Shown here in pieces: positions 59,309 to 64,000 of a stretch of 64,000 nt of DNA. Location: positions 64,001 to 128,000 of the forward strand of contig JBDTZG010000006.1 in the NCBI GenBank assembly GCA_040005235.1, in the 5' to 3' direction. The DNA comes from Acidobacteriota bacterium (GTDB taxonomy: Bacteria; Acidobacteriota; Thermoanaerobaculia; Multivoradales; UBA5704). The notes under the pieces are model-generated. The model did not search any database, was not told the DNA's origin, and worked only from the letters and a program-made list of their open reading frames with translations. How positions within the stretch are numbered: the first letter of the stretch is position 1; the number at the start of each line of letters is the position of its first letter. The translations under genes were made by a program, and so were the position numbers.

Positions 59309-60727
59309 CTACGGCACTGCATAGCCGAGAGCTTCGAGCTTCTTCCTCTGCTCGGGAGAGATCTCCTGCTTTTTCGCCTTGCCGGTTCCGGGGAGGGCGG
59401 CAAAACGCTGGTCGAGATGACGGGCCAGATCGCGAACGTGGGCCGGATCGCCCAGGGCGAGGTTGGTCCGCTCGCCGGGATCCTTCTCCAGGTCGTACAG
59501 CTCGGCCGGGGCGATCGGGTAATGCCCGGGAGGGGCCTTCGGAATGCAGACCGGCTCATACCCCTGGGGGTTCCAGATCAGCTTGAAGCGCCCTTCGTGA
59601 ATCGTTCGGATGGGACCTAGGCCGTACTCCGAAAACGACGGTTTGCCGGCGCCCCCCGCACCTGGCCGTTCGAGGTAGGGTACGAGGGACCGGCCGTGCT
59701 CGACCGGAGGGGCTATCCCCAGCAGGGCGTAGATCGTGGGGGTCACGTCCGCCAGCTCGACCCGCTGCGGCACGCTCGCGCCGGCCGGGACCAGGCCGGG
59801 GGCGACGATAGCGAACGGTACGTGGAGGGCGTCCTGGTAGACCGAGCAGGAGTGGTAAAGATAGCCATTGTGACCGTACAGCTCCTCACCGTGATCGGCG
59901 AGTAGGACGATCAGCGTCCGGTCGAGCTTGCCCGCCGCGCGGAGGCCGTCGAGCAGGTTGCCCACGTGGCGGTCGCTGCCGATCACGGCGGCATCGTAGA
60001 TCGCGTCGAGATGGGTGAGATCGCGCGGGGAGAGAGCGAGCTTTTCCAGATGGACCCGGTCGAGCTGCCAGCGTTTCGTGCCGAGCGGCCCTTCATACCC
60101 CGGGTCGAGCACCCGGGCCGCGAGATCGCCGCCGTTGTAATACGGGCCGTGGGCGCCGAACAGGTGGATCCAGAGCAGGAACGGCTGCTTGCCCTCTCGC
60201 GAGCGACCCCAATCGATGGCGCGCTGGACCGTTTTGCCGTCCTCGCCGCCGGTGCAGGCGAACGCGTCCCACCCTTGGTGGTTCGCCTTGCACATATTGG
60301 AGAGGAACGCCCCGGTCTGGTAGCCCGATCCTTTCAGCTCGATCGGCAGAGTCGGAAGACCGTCCGGAAAGCCATAGCCGTTTTCGAGCACGCCATGCCC
60401 TGACGGATAGAGCCCCGAAAGGACGGTCGCGAGAGAAGGCCAGGTGGCGGCCCGCTGCGCGTCCGCGCCGTCGAAGCGCACCCCCTGGCCGATCAGCTGG
60501 TCCATTCGCGGGCTGTTTTCTGGACCCGGCCTCTGGGGCCGGTAGCCGTAGGCGCCCATCCGATCGGCGCGCAGCGTATCGACCGAGAGCAGCAGGACGT
60601 TCCACCCCTTCGCCGCCCCGGCGAGCACCGGCCGTTCCGGCGGCTTTTCGCGCGGGCAGCCGGCGAGCAGAGCGACGAACGGGATCAGCAGGAGGAACGG
60701 TATCGGGCGTTTGGCAGAGGCAAACAT
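59309..60727 (-). CDS. Sulfatase-like (alkaline phosphatase superfamily) lipoprotein
   Basis: Lipobox LAGC; NVLLLSVDTLRAD, ADHGE, ELYDLEKDPGE, LEALGY; atypical active site TWPSL. Confidence 0.85.
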   Translation of the reverse strand: MFASAKRPIPFLLLIPFVALLAGCPREKPPERPVLAGAAKGWNVLLLSVDTLRADRMGAYGYRPQRPGPENSPRMDQLIGQGVRFDGADAQRAATWPSLATVLSGLYPSGHGVLENGYGFPDGLPTLPIELKGSGYQTGAFLSNMCKANHQGWDAFACTGGEDGKTVQRAIDWGRSREGKQPFLLWIHLFGAHGPYYNGGDLAARVLDPGYEGPLGTKRWQLDRVHLEKLALSPRDLTHLDAIYDAAVIGSDRHVGNLLDGLRAAGKLDRTLIVLLADHGEELYGHNGYLYHSCSVYQDALHVPFAIVAPGLVPAGASVPQRVELADVTPTIYALLGIAPPVEHGRSLVPYLERPGAGGAGKPSFSEYGLGPIRTIHEGRFKLIWNPQGYEPVCIPKAPPGHYPIAPAELYDLEKDPGERTNLALGDPAHVRDLARHLDQRFAALPGTGKAKKQEISPEQRKKLEALGYAVP

Positions 60728-60866
60728 CGAGGCCGAGATTGTAGCCTGGTCGGGCGCCAGAGACCTGGCCGCATCCTCACCTCATCCTCACCTCGAATCC
60801 ATCGCCATCCACATCCCCACGCCGTACCTTCCCTTCGAACGCTTCACCCCTTCGGAGGAACCCTCC

Positions 60867-61697
60867 ATGCTCTCTTCCCCTTTCTCCCGCCGTCATCTGC
60901 TCGCCGCCGGATCAACTCTTCTGCTCGCCCGCCCGGGCTTCTCCGCCGACCCGGCGAGCGTCGCATCTCCTCCTGCCTCCCCTTCCCCCGTGCCCGACAC
61001 CTTCCCGGCCGAACCGGCGGAGTTGGTGCGCGAGATGGTCGGGGTTTCCCATTTCAAACTCGCCCGGGTCCGCGAGCTGGTGGAAGCTCGGCCGGCGCTC
61101 GCCCGGGCGACGTGGGATTGGGGATACGGCGATTTCGAGAGCGCGCTTGGTGCGGCGTCTCATGTCGGCAACCACGAGATCGCCGAGCTTTTGATCGCCC
61201 ACGGGGCGCGCCCCGATCTGTTCTCGGCGACCATGCTCGGGCACTTGGAAGTGGTCAAAGCCTGGATCGCCGCCGTGCCTGGCGCGCAGAAGATTACCGG
61301 CCCGCACGGAATCACCTTGCTGTCCCATGCGAAGGCCGGGGGCGAGAAGGCGCTCCCCGTGTTGCGCTACTTGGATGCCCTCGGCGACGCCGACCCGAAA
61401 GCCGCTCTCCAGCCGCTCGCCGACGCCGATCGCGACGCCGTGCTCGGCAGCTACCTGTTCGGCCCGGGCAAGCAGGACGTCCTGGTGGTCGAAATGGCCC
61501 AGGTGAGCGCCGCCGGCAAAAGCCTCGCGGTGCGCCGGGGGGACGGTACGCCCCGGGCGCTTTCCCACCGAGGCGAGCGAGCGTTTTCCCCGGCGGGGGC
61601 CGAGGCGGTCCGCCTGCGCTTTTCGGCGGAAACGCCCGCCGCAACCTTCACGGTCTGGGACCGCGGGCTGCTGGTTACGGCGAAGCGGGCGGGGTAG
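60867..61697 (+). CDS. Tat-exported ankyrin-repeat-like protein
   Basis: SRRHLL twin-arginine signal; ESALGAASHVGNHEIAELLIAHGA; GGAGG RBS. Confidence 0.72.
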   Translation: MLSSPFSRRHLLAAGSTLLLARPGFSADPASVASPPASPSPVPDTFPAEPAELVREMVGVSHFKLARVRELVEARPALARATWDWGYGDFESALGAASHVGNHEIAELLIAHGARPDLFSATMLGHLEVVKAWIAAVPGAQKITGPHGITLLSHAKAGGEKALPVLRYLDALGDADPKAALQPLADADRDAVLGSYLFGPGKQDVLVVEMAQVSAAGKSLAVRRGDGTPRALSHRGERAFSPAGAEAVRLRFSAETPAATFTVWDRGLLVTAKRAG

Positions 61698-61752
61698 CTT
61701 TTTCCCTGGAGCGCCGCGGGTACAATCCCCTCTGTCACGCCGATGTCACCCC

Positions 61753-63924
61753 GTGACATCCGCGCTCGTGGCAGCATCTCGTGCCGCTCCGCCTTTCCGC
61801 CGTTTGAGGACCCATCCCGTGGCCACCGCCAAGAAACGCCCCCGCCGCACCCCGCCCTCGGTTTCCGAGGCGCCGGCCCTGTTCTTCAATCGCGAGCTCT
61901 CCTGGATCGATTTCAACGCCCGGGTGCTGGCGGAGGCGGAGGACGGAACGAACCCGCTGCTCGAACGGCTGCGATTCGTCGCGATCTTCGACAGCAACCT
62001 GGACGAGTTCTTCATGAAGCGGGTCGGCGGCTTGAAGCAGCAGGTTGCGAGCAACCTGCGGCAGTTGACGCCGGACGGCCGAACCCCGGTTCAGCAGCTC
62101 ACCGAGATCCAGGATCGGGTGCGCCCCCTACTCGATCGGCAAAGGCGCCTGCTGCGCGAGGACCTGCGCCCGGCGCTCGGCCTCCACGGGTTGGAGATCG
62201 TCGGCTGGGATCGCCTCAATATCCAGGAGCGAAGCTATCTGGGTGGCGAGTTCGAGAAGCGGTTGTTTCCGATCCTCACGCCGCTCGCGGTCGATCCGGC
62301 ACATCCGTTCCCCTTCATTTCGAATCTGTCGATCTCGCTCGCGGTCGCGGTGCGCGCGCCGGACGACGAGAAGGTCCGTTTCGCCCGGGTAAAGGTGCCC
62401 GGCAGTCTGCCGCGTTTTCTGCAGCTGCCGGACACCCTCCGCTACGTGGCGCTCGAAGAGGTGATCAAGCATCACCTGGTGCGCCTGTTTCCGGGGATGG
62501 AGATCGTCGCCTGCCATCCGTTCCGGGTCACCCGGAACGCGGACGTCCAGCGCTACGAGGAACCCGCCGACGACCTGCTCGAATCGATCCAGGAAGAGCT
62601 GCGCGAGCGGCGCTTCGCCACGGTGGTGCGGATCGAGATCGAGACCGGCATGCCGGATTGGATGTGCGAGCTGCTGTGCGATGAGCTGGAGATCGCGACC
62701 GACGAGGTCTTCGAGGTCGAAGCCCCGCTGGGCTTGAAAGACCTGACGGTGCTCTGCGCCGCGCCTCTTCCGGCGCTCAAGTTCGGGACCTGGACGCCGC
62801 AGACGCCGCCGCGCCTCCATGCCGAGCCGGGCGAGGAGGTCGACATCTTCCGCGCCATCGCGGCGGGCGATCTTCTGGTCCATCATCCCTACGATTCGTT
62901 CCCGGCGAGCGTGCAGCGCTTTCTCGATGCTGCGGCCGACGACCCGGCAGTGCTCGGGATCAAGCAGACGCTCTACCGCACGTCGTCCGACTCCTCGATC
63001 ATGCGCTCGCTGATCCGCGCGGCCGGTGCGGGCAAGCAGGTTGCGGCGACGATCGAGCTCAAGGCGCGCTTCGACGAAGAGCGGAACATCGGCTGGGCCG
63101 AGGCGCTCGAAGAGGCGGGCGCCCACGTCGCTTACGGCGTGGTCGGCTTCAAAACCCACACGAAGGTCGCCCTCGTCGTCCGGCAGGAGAAAGACGCGAT
63201 CCGCACCTATGTCCACATCGCGACCGGCAATTACAACGCCGAGACCGCGCGGGTCTACACCGACCTTGGCCTATTCTCGTGCAGCGAGGCGCTCGCGGCG
63301 GACGTCGGCCAGCTGTTCAACGTGCTCACCGGCTACGTCCATCAGCCGACGTTCGAAAAACTGCTGGTGGCGCCGTTCAACATGCGTCGCCGCTTCCTGG
63401 AGCTGATCGCGCGCGAGGTCGAGCATCAGAAGGCGGGGCGCGGCGGCCATGTGCTCGCCAAGATGAACTCGCTCGAAGACCCGCAGATCGTGGAAGCTTT
63501 GTACGACGCGAGCGCCCAAGGGGTCCGGATCGATCTGATCGTCCGCGGCATCTGCCGCCTGCGTCCGGGGGTCCCGGGGCGGAGCGAGACCGTCCGGGTG
63601 CTGTCGATCGTCGGCCGGTTTCTCGAACACGCCCGGATCTTCTATTTCGGCAACGGCGGGGCGCCCGAGTACTTCATCGGCTCGGCCGACTGGATGTCGA
63701 GAAACCTCGACTACCGGGTGGAAGCGATCGCCCCGGTCGAAGATCCGGCGCTCCAGGCGGAGCTTCTCGAAGTGATCGACCTCCAGCTGGCGGACAACGT
63801 CAAAGCCTGGGATCTCCACGCCGACGGCACCTACGTCCAACGCCGCCCGGCCCCGGGCGAGGAGCCGCGCAATTCCCAGGAGCTGCTGATGGCCCGGGCG
63901 GCGGCACGGACAGGAAAGGCGTGA
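61753..63924 (+). CDS. ppk1: Polyphosphate kinase 1
   Basis: FNRELSWIDFNARVL, NLDEFFMKRV, HPFPFISNLS, HHPYDSF, ELKARFDE, KTHTK, TGNYN, SADWM.RN. Confidence 0.97.
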   Translation: MTSALVAASRAAPPFRRLRTHPVATAKKRPRRTPPSVSEAPALFFNRELSWIDFNARVLAEAEDGTNPLLERLRFVAIFDSNLDEFFMKRVGGLKQQVASNLRQLTPDGRTPVQQLTEIQDRVRPLLDRQRRLLREDLRPALGLHGLEIVGWDRLNIQERSYLGGEFEKRLFPILTPLAVDPAHPFPFISNLSISLAVAVRAPDDEKVRFARVKVPGSLPRFLQLPDTLRYVALEEVIKHHLVRLFPGMEIVACHPFRVTRNADVQRYEEPADDLLESIQEELRERRFATVVRIEIETGMPDWMCELLCDELEIATDEVFEVEAPLGLKDLTVLCAAPLPALKFGTWTPQTPPRLHAEPGEEVDIFRAIAAGDLLVHHPYDSFPASVQRFLDAAADDPAVLGIKQTLYRTSSDSSIMRSLIRAAGAGKQVAATIELKARFDEERNIGWAEALEEAGAHVAYGVVGFKTHTKVALVVRQEKDAIRTYVHIATGNYNAETARVYTDLGLFSCSEALAADVGQLFNVLTGYVHQPTFEKLLVAPFNMRRRFLELIAREVEHQKAGRGGHVLAKMNSLEDPQIVEALYDASAQGVRIDLIVRGICRLRPGVPGRSETVRVLSIVGRFLEHARIFYFGNGGAPEYFIGSADWMSRNLDYRVEAIAPVEDPALQAELLEVIDLQLADNVKAWDLHADGTYVQRRPAPGEEPRNSQELLMARAAARTGKA

Positions 63925-64000
63925 AGAAAGACGGAATCGCCTCCGGGAAGAGGTGCGATGCTCCCCGGCATCGAGGCACCGGCTCTCGGCCGAAGTACTT

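Noticed and set aside
60772-60820. catcctcacct duplication and catcc repeats
   Set aside because: Very short low-complexity pyrimidine-rich sequence with no sustained period.

Overview
High-GC bacterial chromosomal window. Gene content and protein style suggest Acidobacteriota, possibly Thermoanaerobaculia (inference). Housekeeping blocks: rpsU-mutS2-dnaG-rpoD (rpoD runs off the left edge); pta-purD; ricT-hfq-like-pdxA-yqeY-selB; recO; ppk1. Accessory genes: a small TA-rich island (MNT/HEPN, Phd-UPF0175 fusion), a polyamine ABC transporter, an ECF sigma with a vWA partner, larE/larB followed by a cytokinin-dehydrogenase-like flavoprotein, a large ExeM/NucH nuclease, a RelE-family TA cassette bracketed by two copies of one 60-bp terminator element, a C39-peptidase ABC exporter with a pseudo-receiver-GAF-HlyD adaptor but no visible substrate, DUF4331/DUF4198 and a modular metzincin. 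The strongest unexplained signals are two intergenic 21-bp-period arrays (20707-21105 and 46987-47217) with different sequences but the same design (10-bp quasi-palindromic core plus 11-bp variable part, also readable as heptad peptide repeats), and an AT-richer intergenic segment with an IHF consensus site and DnaA boxes (about 53400-53545). No tRNA, rRNA, CRISPR array, transposase or integrase was recognised. All calls come from reading the sequence; no searches were run.
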